DNA from: an uncultured Actinomycetes bacterium
GTDB lineage: Bacteria; Actinomycetota; Thermoleophilia; UBA2241
Direction of reading: 5' to 3'
Assembly (NCBI GenBank): GCA_963755025.1
Contig: CAVWIH010000014.1
Location: 378,701 to 442,700 of the forward strand
Length of the DNA stretch: 64,000 bases
The notes beneath the pieces are model-generated. The model did not search any database and was not told the DNA's origin. It saw only the letters and a program-made list of their open reading frames with translations. Below are positions 1-8,727 of this stretch, in pieces. The stretch's first letter is position 1. Every line of letters begins with the position of its first letter. Position numbers and translations under genes: made by a program.

Positions 1-36
1 AGGCCGACGGCGGCGCCGACCACCCCAGACGTGCGT

Positions 37-76
37 CGGGGCGGAGCGAAGGCCTGCCGGCCTTCGCTCCGCCCCG
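37..76 (-). terminator. Perfect 18-bp inverted repeat downstream of amt; probable terminator/stabilising hairpin
   Basis: CGGGGCGGAGCGAAGGCC-tgcc-GGCCTTCGCTCCGCCCCG, about 25 nt after the amt stop; no U-tract. Confidence 0.55.
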
Positions 77-100
77 CAAGAGGCTTCTGAGACCTGACTC

Positions 101-1331
101 CTAAATCAGGTCGTAGGCGGCCTCGCCGAACTCCGAGTCGTCGAGACCCTTGAGCTGTACCGAGTCGGGCACGCGGATCGGGTCGAAGACGTTGATCAGC
201 TTGAGGATGAGGTACGTCGCCACGAAGGCATACGCAGCCAGCGCGACGGCGGCGAAGACCTGCCAGGCGAAGAAGTGCCAGTGGCCGGTGATCAGGCCCT
301 GGCCGCCGGTCGGGTTGATCGCGTAGGTGGCAAAGACGCCGAGCAGGATGATGCCCAGCGTGCCGCCGACGCCGTGGCAGGCCCAGACGTCGAGTGCGTC
401 GTCCCACTGCATCTTGCTCTTGAAGATGCAGGCGAAGTAGCAGATCGAACCGGCGCCGAAGCCGATGATGAACGCCGCCCAGGTGGGCACGTAGCCGGCG
501 CAGGGAGTGACCGTGGCAAGGCCGGCCACGGCGCCGGTGAGCGCGCCGACCAGGCTGGGCTTGCCGTCGTGCCACCAGGTCAGGGCGAGCCAGGTGCACA
601 TGGCGATCGAGCCGGCGATGTCGGTGTTGACGAAGGCCTGGGCGGCAAAGCCGTTGGCGGCGTATCCGTCGCCGCTGTTGAAGCCGAACCAGCCGAACCA
701 CAGCAGGCCGGTGCCCAGCGCGACGAAGGCCACGTTGTGCGCCAGGCTGCGCTCGCCGGGGGCGAACTTGCGCTTGCCCACCACGAACACCGAGGCCAGA
801 GCGGCATACCCGGCGCTCACGTGGACGACCGCGCCGCCGGCCCAGTCACGCACGCCGTGCTGGGCAAACCAGCCGCCGCCCCAGATCAGATGGACGAACG
901 GGATGTAGACGATGATGCTCCACAGCACGAGGAACCAGAGGTAGCTCTTGAACTTGACGCGGTCGGCGAAGGCGCCGGTGATCAGCGCCGGGGTGATGAT
1001 GGCGAACATCTCCTGGTAGACGAAGTGCGCCTGCGCCGGGATGGTCGGCGCCCACGGTCCGGGCAGTCTGACCGACGTGGTTGAGCATGGCCCAGTGAAA
1101 GTTGCCGATGATGCCGCCGGCGCCGCCCGAGAAGGCCAGCGAGTACCCGAACAGCACCCAGATCGTGGTCACGATGCCCATCGAGATGAACGACTGCATC
1201 ATGATCGCCAGGAAGTTCTTGCGGCGCACAAGGCCGCCGTAGAAGAACGCGAGAGCCGGCGTCATGAGCGCGACCAGTGCCGCGCAGATCAAGACGAACG
1301 CCGTATCTCCTGTGTTGATCTGCCCCACCAT
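101..1331 (-). CDS. amt: Ammonium transporter (Amt/Mep family), frameshifted near 1040-1065
   Basis: N-terminus MVGQINTGDTAFVLICAALVALMTPALAFFYGGLVRRKN (ORF 846-1508 frame) joins MFAIITPALITGAFADR...GGAVVH...DVWACHGVGG (ORF 101-1009); AGGAGG RBS before ATG 1331; both twin histidines present. Confidence 0.93.
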
Positions 1332-1336
1332 CCGCT

Positions 1337-1397
1337 CCTCCTTGGATCCGCTCAGGCGCCAAGGAGGGACCCCCCTCTGCCGCGTGAGCGTCGTTGC
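1337..1397 (-). promoter_or_regulatory. Possible alternative-pairing leader (anti-SD switch, ANTAR-like hexaloop) of amt
   Basis: Minus-strand CCTCTTTGG (1367-1359) can pair with SD-containing CCAAGGAGG (1345-1337) or with AGAGGG (1378-1373); GC-AACGAC-GC hexaloop at 1397-1388. Confidence 0.3.
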
Positions 1398-1708
1398 GGG
1401 CACGCGGGGGATCTGACCTCGACCCCGCATCACCCCGTGGAGCGCTAGTTTGAGCCTTTCCGGGCGGACCCGCAAACCGAACTTTGCCAACGGCGTCGGG
1501 CCACGCATGAGAGAGCGTGCTCGCCGACCACGGCGCCGCCCTCACACCGCGAGGATACTGAACAAGAGACGACTCGCTTTGCGAGTCGAAAGCCGACGCC
1601 GCAGGCAGAAGGAGAGAGGGCTCGTCCGGCCAGATCCTGCTCGCCGTGGACGGCTCGGTGCAGGCAAAGGAGGCGGGCGGGCCGCTTGGCCGACAGCGGC
1701 CCGCGGAC

Positions 1709-1870
1709 CTAGGAGACCAGGTAGCCGCCGGTCTCGTGGACTTCGGGGCGGATCTCCAGGGCGGCGAGCAGGCGGCTGAGGATCTCGTCGTCGCCGACGA
1801 GCAGCGCGCCCAGGTAGTCGCAGCAGTCCAGCGCGCGCTCGACGGTATCGGCGCTCTCCTCGTGGGTCAT
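1709..1870 (-). CDS. Small hypothetical protein (53 aa)
   Basis: GGAGGG RBS then ATG; MTHEESADTVERALDCCDYLGALLVGDDEILSRLLAALEIRPEVHETGGYLVS with GC-rich third positions. Confidence 0.5.
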   Translation of the reverse strand: MTHEESADTVERALDCCDYLGALLVGDDEILSRLLAALEIRPEVHETGGYLVS

Positions 1871-2183
1871 CCGCGTCCCTCCCGCCGGCCCCGCGTGCCG
1901 GCCCTCCGACCTTTCAAGGGTGATATCGGCAGCCGGCCCCGCAGGGAGATAGACGACTGTGCGGGCTCCTGGGGACGCGACCTTCGCCCGGCAGCCCTCG
2001 ACGCGGTAAGTGCAGGCTGAACTCAGGCCTCCCGCAAGGTCTCGGGGCGAGCACGAATCCGTCGTCATGCAAGGCGACGCCAGGCCCGGCGTCAGTCTCC
2101 GGGGCGAAGCGCCGCCGGTGCGGCGCCGGCCCGGGGCGAAACGACGCGCAGCCGCACGACGGGGCGACGGTCCAGGGAGCATC

Positions 2184-2235
2184 TTGACAGACTAATCGTG
2201 ACCTCATATACACGTTGAATACACACGACGTGTAT
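2184..2235 (+). promoter_or_regulatory. Sigma70-type promoter with downstream inverted repeat, driving permease-hydrolase-mttB operon
   Basis: TTGACA (2184-2189), 17-nt spacer, TATACA (2207-2212); ATACAC-acgac-GTGTAT at 2219-2235; AT-rich patch in GC-rich DNA. Confidence 0.65.
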
Positions 2236-2329
2236 CAAGACGAATGAGACCACCCGGAATGTCCGGTCCGACTTGACGAACGACTAGTCGGTTCACGGTC
2301 AGGCCCTGCGCGCTATCGAGGGGGACTCA

Positions 2330-3841
2330 ATGGCAACAGACCCAGTCACTCAGACGAGCGACGAACAGATCCTGCAGACGTTCGGATACCGGCAGCAGCT
2401 CAGGCGCTCGCTCAAGCCCCTGGCCGTCCTGGGCATCTCGTTCTCGTTCATGTCGATCACCACCAGCGTCTACGTGAACTTCGGGTTCGGCCTCGGCAAG
2501 TTCGGCACCGCCAGCATCTGGTTCTGGCCGCTCGTGCTCCTTGGCCAGTTGTTCGTCGCCTTCGTGATCGCCGAACTGGGCTCGCGCATACCCTTGGCCG
2601 GCTACTCCTACCAATGGGGGTCGCGCCTGGTGAACGCGGGCTACGGCTGGTTCATCGGCATCTTCGTCTTCGTCTACCTGCTGACGTGCGTGGCGACGAT
2701 CAGCTACGTGCTCGTCGCCCCCTTCATCGGCGTCATCTTCGGCTGGTCGCTCAGCAACCTCGACCTGCTGCTGATCGCGATCGCCACCGTCGTCGTGCTC
2801 ACCCTCGTGAACCTCGTGGGCGTCAGGCTCTTCGCCCGGGTCAACAATGTGGCGGTCTTCTGCGAGATCGTCTCGACGCTGGTGATTGCCCTCATCGTGG
2901 CCATCGCCGCCCTCGCCAAGCCGGCCAGCCACACTGTCTCGCTGTTCAACACCAACGGCGTGCACGGCTCTGCCATCTGGGGCGCCGTCGTGGGCGCGAT
3001 GGTCATGGGCTTCTTCGCCCTCACCGGCTTCGAGGCGGCCGCCGACATGTCCGAGGAGAGCGTCGGCGCCCGCCGCGCCATTCCCCGCGCCGTCATCTGG
3101 TCACTGGTGGGCACCGGCCTGTTCGGCATGATCGCCCTCATCTGCTTCGCCTCCGCCGTACCCACCGGCCACATGGCCGCCGTCGCCGGCTCATACACGC
3201 CCGTCTACGACGTGGTCTCCTACTGGCTGGGCAGCACCGGAGCGCGCGTGGCCCTTGCGTTCCCGCTGGTGGCGGTGCTCGGCACCTGCCTGTCGGTGGT
3301 CGCCGTGATGGGCCGGCTGATCTTCGCCCTCTCGCGCGACAACGTCGTGCCGTTCTCAAAGCAGCTGCGCGGCGTCAACGGCAGGTCGCAGGTACCGACG
3401 GTCGCGCTCGTGGTCGGCTCACTGCTCGCCATCGCGATGCTCGTCTACGCCTACTACCAGGTCAGCACCTTCGACGTGCTGGTCGGCGCCACCTCGATCC
3501 TGCCGTTCGTCTACTACCTGCTGATCGTGGTCGCCTATGCATTCAAGCGTCGCGAGCTCGAGGCGTTCCACGTGCCCGGCATGTTCACCCTCGGCAAGTG
3601 GTCCAAGGTGGTCTTCGGCATCGCTTTCGTCTGGCTCATAGCGGCGCTGCTCATGCTCACGCTGCAGCCCATGTTCCACCAGGCCGACATCGCCGTGCTC
3701 GGCACGCTGGGCGTGGGGGTCGTGTGGTACGTAGCGGCGCTGCACTGGCGCATCAAGGCCGGCAAGGCCGGCGCGCCCGCGGGCAGCTCAGACGGCGCCG
3801 AAGAGCTCCCGGCGCCTGAGCCGACCGGGGTGGGCGTCTGA
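2330..3841 (+). CDS. APC-superfamily amino acid/amine permease
   Basis: 503 aa, about 12 hydrophobic segments, LQTFGYRQQLRRSL N-terminus, AELGSRIPLAGYSYQW and GFEAAADMSEES motifs. Confidence 0.9.
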   Translation: MATDPVTQTSDEQILQTFGYRQQLRRSLKPLAVLGISFSFMSITTSVYVNFGFGLGKFGTASIWFWPLVLLGQLFVAFVIAELGSRIPLAGYSYQWGSRLVNAGYGWFIGIFVFVYLLTCVATISYVLVAPFIGVIFGWSLSNLDLLLIAIATVVVLTLVNLVGVRLFARVNNVAVFCEIVSTLVIALIVAIAALAKPASHTVSLFNTNGVHGSAIWGAVVGAMVMGFFALTGFEAAADMSEESVGARRAIPRAVIWSLVGTGLFGMIALICFASAVPTGHMAAVAGSYTPVYDVVSYWLGSTGARVALAFPLVAVLGTCLSVVAVMGRLIFALSRDNVVPFSKQLRGVNGRSQVPTVALVVGSLLAIAMLVYAYYQVSTFDVLVGATSILPFVYYLLIVVAYAFKRRELEAFHVPGMFTLGKWSKVVFGIAFVWLIAALLMLTLQPMFHQADIAVLGTLGVGVVWYVAALHWRIKAGKAGAPAGSSDGAEELPAPEPTGVGV

Positions 3842-3877
3842 AACGGGGCGGGCGTCTGAAACGCGGTGCCCGTCTGA
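3832..3877 (+). repeat. 18-bp tandem repeat (about 2.5 copies) that repeats the stop codon in frame
   Basis: GGGCGTCTGAAACGGGGC / GGGCGTCTGAAACGCGGT / GCCCGTCTGA; TGA at 3839, 3857 and 3875. Confidence 0.75.
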
Positions 3878-3929
3878 GGGGCGCCGCGTTCGTCGCCCTG
3901 GCCGTCGCGAACCACCTGCCGAAGATCGG

Positions 3930-4780
3930 ATGCATCACGTGACCTGGACCGTCGACATCATCGAGGTCGGCACGCTGCCCGACACGGCGCTGAGCGCCTA
4001 CGTGTACGGGGCGCTCGACGAGGTGCTCCTCGACGTACCCTGCTTCTGCTGGCTGCTGCGCGACGGGCAGCGGTCGTTGCTGGTCGACACGGGTCCTGAC
4101 CTCGAACAGTCCGTCGACGTCGGCTACGAGGTCGGGGGCGACCCGCGCGCGAGCCTGCTCGCCGCCCTCGAGCGCTGCGGAGTGTCCCCGGCCGGCATCG
4201 ACCAGATCGTCCACACGCACCTCCACCAGGACCACGTGCAGAACGACGCGCTCTTTCCGAACGCGCGGGTGCTCGTACAACGCGAGGAGCTGCGGTCGGC
4301 GCTCGCCACGGAAGCGTCCTGCGAGCTGCTGTCCGCCGCCGCCCGCGAGGCGCTCGCGGCGGGGCCCTACGCCGAGTCGCAGGCGGCCGGCGTGCTGGTA
4401 CCGGGGGATCGCGAGCTTCTGCGAGGCCCTCGGCGAGCGCCTGTGCCCGGTGGACGGCCGTCACGAGGTCGCTGCCCGGGATCACGCTGCTGCCGAACGG
4501 CGGCCACACGACCGGCCACCAGAGCGTCCTCGTCGACACCGACGAGGGCGCCGCCTGCCTGTGCGGCGACATCGTCTCGCTGTCGATCAACCGCGACGTC
4601 GTCGGCCCCATGACTCCCGACGACGACGCGACCCGCACCTTCCTGCGCCGGCTTCGCTCGGAGCGCTGGGAACCGATCCCCGCTCACGAACCGGCCATGC
4701 GCGGCCACCGCTGGTTCGTCGAGGGTGGCCGGTCCGCCGAGACCCGCTCCCGGGAGCGCGACACCGCTCACTCACGATAG
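3930..4780 (+). CDS. Metallo-beta-lactamase-fold hydrolase (AHL-lactonase-like), frameshifted near 4395-4470
   Basis: LLVDTG and HTHLHQDH motifs in 5' frame; GGHTTGHQSVLV, LCGD and PAHE motifs in downstream frame ending TAG 4778-4780. Confidence 0.8.
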
Positions 4781-4834
4781 AGTGGACCAACGCACAGTGT
4801 CGGGTCAGGAGCGACCGAGAATGGAGCTGAGCCT

Positions 4835-6301
4835 ATGAAGCGCAATCTGCAGGCGGGGGCGCGACGCAGCGCCTTGCGCCTTGAGGTCTTCACCGAAGCG
4901 GACCTCGACGACATCCACCGCGGGACACTCGAGATCCTCGAGCGCACCGGCGTGTTCGTCGAAAGCGACGAGGCCCTCGACGTGATGGCCGACGGCGGCT
5001 GCCGGGTCGATCGCGAGACCAAGATCGTCAAGATCCCGCCGTACATCGTCGAAGACGCCATCCGCTGGTCGCCGAGCACGGTGACGCTCTGCGGGCGCGT
5101 GCCCGAGAACGACGTGGTGCTCGAAGGCGGCCGCGTCGGCTTCACCAACTTCAGCGCCGGCATCATGGTCATCGACCCGCGCACCGACGAGTACCGCAAG
5201 TCGACCACGCAAGACGTCGCCGACCTCGCGCTCATCACCGACTACCTGAGCGAGATCGACACCTACGAGCACTCCGTCGAGGGCCGCGACGCGCCCGAAG
5301 AGACGCTGGCCGTGCGCGACACGGCGCTCGCCTTGAAGAACACGACCAAGTGCGTCGGCACCGGCGCGCTCTCCACCTACGACGTCGACGCCATCGTGGC
5401 CATGGGCGCCGCGGTGGCCGGCGGCGAAGACAAGCTGCGCGAACGGCCGCTCGTCTACTTCTGCGAGTGCCCGGTCAGCCCGCTCAAGATCACCCGCGAC
5501 GCCGCCGAGGTCATCATGGGCGCCGCCCGCCACGGCTTGCCCAACAACGTGATCTCCATGGCCATGGCCGGCGCGTCGTCGCCGGTCACCCTGGCCGGCA
5601 CGCTGGTCACCCACAACTGCGAGGTGCTCGCCAGCCTCACGCTGGCGCAGCTCACCGAGCGCGGCGCGCCGACCATCTACGGCTCGTCGACCACCGCCAT
5701 CGACCTGCGGCTCGCCGCGGCGTCGGTCGGCTCTCCCGAGCTCGGCCTGCTCAGCGCCAGCGTGGCGCAGCTCGCGCAACGTTACATGCTGCCCAGCTTC
5801 GTAGCCGGGTTATAGGCAGACTCCAAGCTCAGTGACATCCAGGCCGGTCACGAGAAGACCCTGACCGCCCTCATGGCAGCGTTGGCAGGCGCCAACCTGA
5901 TCTACGGGGCGGGGATGACCGAGTCGGGTGTCACCTTCGATTACGCGCAGTACGTGCTCGACAACGACATGGCGAGAATGATCAAGAAGACGGTGGCGGG
6001 CATCTCCGTCACCGACGAGAACCTCGACCTTGCCGACATCCACGCCGTGGGCTCGTTCGGCGACTACCTGTCGCTCGACTCCACGCTCAAGCACATGCGC
6101 GAGCTCAGTCAGCCGCGGTTCATGGACCGTCGCGTCCGCGAGGACTGGCAGGCCATGGGCGCCAAGGACGCCTACTCCGCCGCCAAGGAGGCGGCGAAGC
6201 AGATCCTTGACGAGCACAAGCCGCTGGCCCTGCCGGGCGAGGTGGCCGACAAGCTCGACGCCATCCTGCACGACGCCGAAGTCCACGGCGGGGTGGTCTG
6301 A
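4835..6301 (+). CDS. mttB: Pyrrolysine-containing trimethylamine:corrinoid methyltransferase (MttB), in-frame TAG at 5813-5815 (Pyl327)
   Basis: ORFs 4835-5815 and 5873-6301 are in one frame separated only by TAG; LPSFVAGL-O-ADSKLSDIQAGHEKT...LAGANLIYGAGM matches the MttB pyrrolysine context; SMAMAGASSPVTLAGTLVTHNCE and IYGSSTT motifs. Confidence 0.95.
5832..5934 (+). other. Long intragenic RNA hairpin downstream of the Pyl UAG (candidate PYLIS-like element)
   Basis: Nested helices 5832-5840/5926-5934, 5845-5850/5916-5921, 5865-5871/5906-5912, apical GTTGGC-aggc-GCCAAC (5881-5896). Confidence 0.55.
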
Positions 6302-6313
6302 GGCCCAGCGTCT

Positions 6314-6358
6314 CAGGGGAGCGGCTTCGGGCTTGCCCGAAGCCGCTCCCCTGTTCTT
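6314..6358 (+). terminator. Intrinsic terminator after mttB
   Basis: 19-bp perfect inverted repeat CAGGGGAGCGGCTTCGGGC-tt-GCCCGAAGCCGCTCCCCTG followed by TTCTT. Confidence 0.85.
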
Positions 6359-6444
6359 CATCGCGCTCGCCACGCGCCGTCGCCGCTCGAGAGGCGGCGC
6401 GGGCTCCCGCGAGCGACCCGCCCGCCGCGACCGGCCGGGCGGCG

Positions 6445-6888
6445 TCAGCTCTGGCTCAGCTTGTCGAGCGCCGACTGCAACGAGGCCTCGTAGGCCTGTG
6501 TCGTGTAGGTGGCTCCTGAGACCCCCTGGATGCTGGCGCTCTGCGCGCTCACCGTCTGCTGCTCCAGCTGCGGCACGGCGACCTGCTCGATCTGCGCCGA
6601 CCTGGGATCGTTCGTGTTGAGGGCGGCGGTCGTGGCCGCGGTGATCTTGCCGTTGGCGACGCTCACCCTGACCTGGATGTCTCCGTAGCGCCCACCGCCG
6701 ATGGCCTCGTCGGTGCCCGTGACCGTCTGCGAGCCGCTCGTGCTCCCCAGGCTCGCCGCCGCAGCTGGTGTGCTCGTGGCGCTCGGCGCCGTCGCCGACG
6801 AGGACGAACCCTCGGGCTTGGGGTGGTAGCCCAGGACGAGCGCCAGACCGGCTCCGGTCGCCACAAGCACGATGATCGCTCGGCGCAT
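6445..6888 (-). CDS. Extracytoplasmic FMN-binding domain protein
   Basis: N-terminal signal/anchor, Ser/Thr/Ala linker, RYGDIQVRVSVANGKIT and IQGVSGATYT flavinylation-type motif. Confidence 0.85.
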   Translation of the reverse strand: MRRAIIVLVATGAGLALVLGYHPKPEGSSSSATAPSATSTPAAAASLGSTSGSQTVTGTDEAIGGGRYGDIQVRVSVANGKITAATTAALNTNDPRSAQIEQVAVPQLEQQTVSAQSASIQGVSGATYTTQAYEASLQSALDKLSQS

Positions 6889-7278
6889 GTCGTGGTCTCC
6901 CTTCCCTGTCGTCGCCGGTGTGCGAGCCGGCGCTCGCGCGCGCCATAGGCACGCCGACCACCGGCGCTTGGCTTTGAGTCTGGCTCATCCTGCCCAGCAG
7001 GGGCTGAGCGTACGCTGAGAGAACACTGAGAATGACGAAGCGCGCCCAATGCGGACGCCTCATGACCGGCGTCGGCAACGGCGCTTTCCCCGTTCGCGGC
7101 GGCCTGCGCCCGTTACGGCGCCACCGCACAAACGACGCTTCTTGCTCAGCTTGTGGTTGTTAACTGCCGATACGGGCCATATAGGCGGTGGCTGGCCACG
7201 GCGTCGTCGTGGCGGCCATCTGTACTAGAGCGCGTACGTTCAGTTGTCGAGACTCGCTCATGAGACCGGGAGCACATC

Positions 7279-7479
7279 GTGGCCAAGGGAACAGTGAAGT
7301 GGTTCAACGCACAAAAAGGGTATGGCTTCATCGAGCAGGCTGACGGAGGCAAAGACGTCTTCGTGCACGTCAACTCACTCGCCGCCGGTGTCGGCACGCT
7401 GGCCGAAGGCCAGACGGTCGAATACCAGGTAGAGGAAGGCCAGAAAGGGCCCCAGGCGGCCGACGTCAGGCCTGCCTGA
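7279..7479 (+). CDS. cspA: Cold-shock protein
   Basis: [18 protein letters not shown]...DVFVH...GQKGPQA. Confidence 0.97.
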   Translation: MAKGTVKWFNAQKGYGFIEQADGGKDVFVHVNSLAAGVGTLAEGQTVEYQVEEGQKGPQAADVRPA

Positions 7480-7511
7480 CCCAAGGTCTCGGTCTAGATC
7501 CCGACACCGCG

Positions 7512-7547
7512 CCCGGCCGGCCCTGCTTCAGGGCCCGGCCGGGTCTT
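7512..7547 (+). terminator. Hairpin after csp gene
   Basis: CCCGGCCGG-CCCTG-ctt-CAGGG-c-CCGGCCGGG followed by TCTT. Confidence 0.6.
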
Positions 7548-7950
7548 CAGCCCCCACACAGCAAGAGGCACAGCGTGGCCGTGGGGCCGGCTGCTACCGG
7601 CCAGAGGCCCCGGCGGGCCGCGCCTTCTCTTCGGCTGGCTCGCTCCACTTCTTCGCGGCGAGCGCCGCGACGCTGCCGGCTACAAGGCTCTGCAGTTGTG
7701 GATACCCCATGACGGACCCCGACTTCGGCTTCTGCGATGCTTCCGCAGCGGACCCTCCGAGAGTGCCGCCGCCGTCATCGCCTTAGCGAGCCCCTTCGCC
7801 CGCTCATACTACTAGCTTACTGCTACCAAAGGCCCGCCGGGCCGTCTCTGGACACATGTTCTACACCCCGCGTCTACGCGACCTGGGTCGTCGGCGCCGT
7901 CAGGCCAGACCAGCCGAGGGCGGCGCCAACGATACGCGGGTCGTTCTGCT

Positions 7951-8712
7951 TCAGCCGTCTACGAGCTGCTGGCCACCGTCGACGTCGTAGGTGGCTCCCG
8001 TGAGCGCGGTGTTGGTCATCAGGTGGACGGCCAGAGCAGCCACGTCGGCGGGGCCGACGACGCGTCCGATGGGCAGCGTGGCGCGCAGCCGGCGGCGGCG
8101 CTCCTCGAGCTCATCGCCGAGGAGCGCCGCCGACAGGCCTGTGTCGACGAAGCCGGGAGCGATCAGATTGACGCGGATGGGGGCGACCTCGAGCGCCAGG
8201 TTGGCGACGAGGGCGGGCATCGCCGCGGTGACCGTCGAGACGATCGCCAATCCCAGGCCGGGACGGCGGGAGCCGGTGCCACCCATGAACACGAGCGAGC
8301 CCCCCGGCCGCACGCGGCCCATGGCGTTGCGGGCGACCTCGAAGGTCAGCATGAGGTGCTCGTCGAGCGCCCGGCGTGTCTGCTCGTAGTCCAGGTCGGC
8401 CAGGCGCCCGTACTTCGGCCGGCCGGCGGTGACCATCACGTGGTCGACCGGCTTGGGCAGCTCCTCAAAGAACCGCCGCAGCGCCGCCGCGTCGGTGGCG
8501 TCGAAGGCCGCGCTGCTGCGCGCCCCCAGTTCGCCCGCGGCCTGCTGCAGACGCCCGGGGTCACGGCCGGTCACAATGACGCCGGCGCCCTCGGCGCCGG
8601 CTCGCCGGCCCACCTCGAAGCCGATGCCGCCACTGCCGCCGATCACGACGACCGTCTGTCCCAGAAGTTCAGGTACGCGCTCGGGCTGCGGCGCGATGTT
8701 TGCTGTGGCCAT
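7951..8712 (-). CDS. Short-chain dehydrogenase/reductase
   Basis: VVVIGGSGGIG nucleotide-binding motif, PIRVNLIAPGFVDT, TGATYDVDGG. Confidence 0.9.
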   Translation of the reverse strand: MATANIAPQPERVPELLGQTVVVIGGSGGIGFEVGRRAGAEGAGVIVTGRDPGRLQQAAGELGARSSAAFDATDAAALRRFFEELPKPVDHVMVTAGRPKYGRLADLDYEQTRRALDEHLMLTFEVARNAMGRVRPGGSLVFMGGTGSRRPGLGLAIVSTVTAAMPALVANLALEVAPIRVNLIAPGFVDTGLSAALLGDELEERRRRLRATLPIGRVVGPADVAALAVHLMTNTALTGATYDVDGGQQLVDG

Positions 8713-8727
8713 GATCTCTCCTTATCG

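Noticed and set aside
91-112. GACCTGA-CTCCTAAA-TCAGGTC resembles a tRNA-Pyl anticodon arm (CUA)
   Set aside because: The loop is 8 nt, no acceptor, D or T arms can be built, and it overlaps the last codons and stop of amt on the other strand
1470-1492. TGGCA...TTGC on the minus strand as a sigma54 promoter for amt
   Set aside because: GG-to-GC spacing is 13 nt rather than the required 10
5813-5815. Reading the three in-frame TAGs as nonsense mutations or split genes
   Set aside because: All three fall at the known pyrrolysine positions with conserved in-frame sequence after them; ORFs 5873-6301, 13190-13939 and 17288-17647 are C-terminal parts, not separate genes
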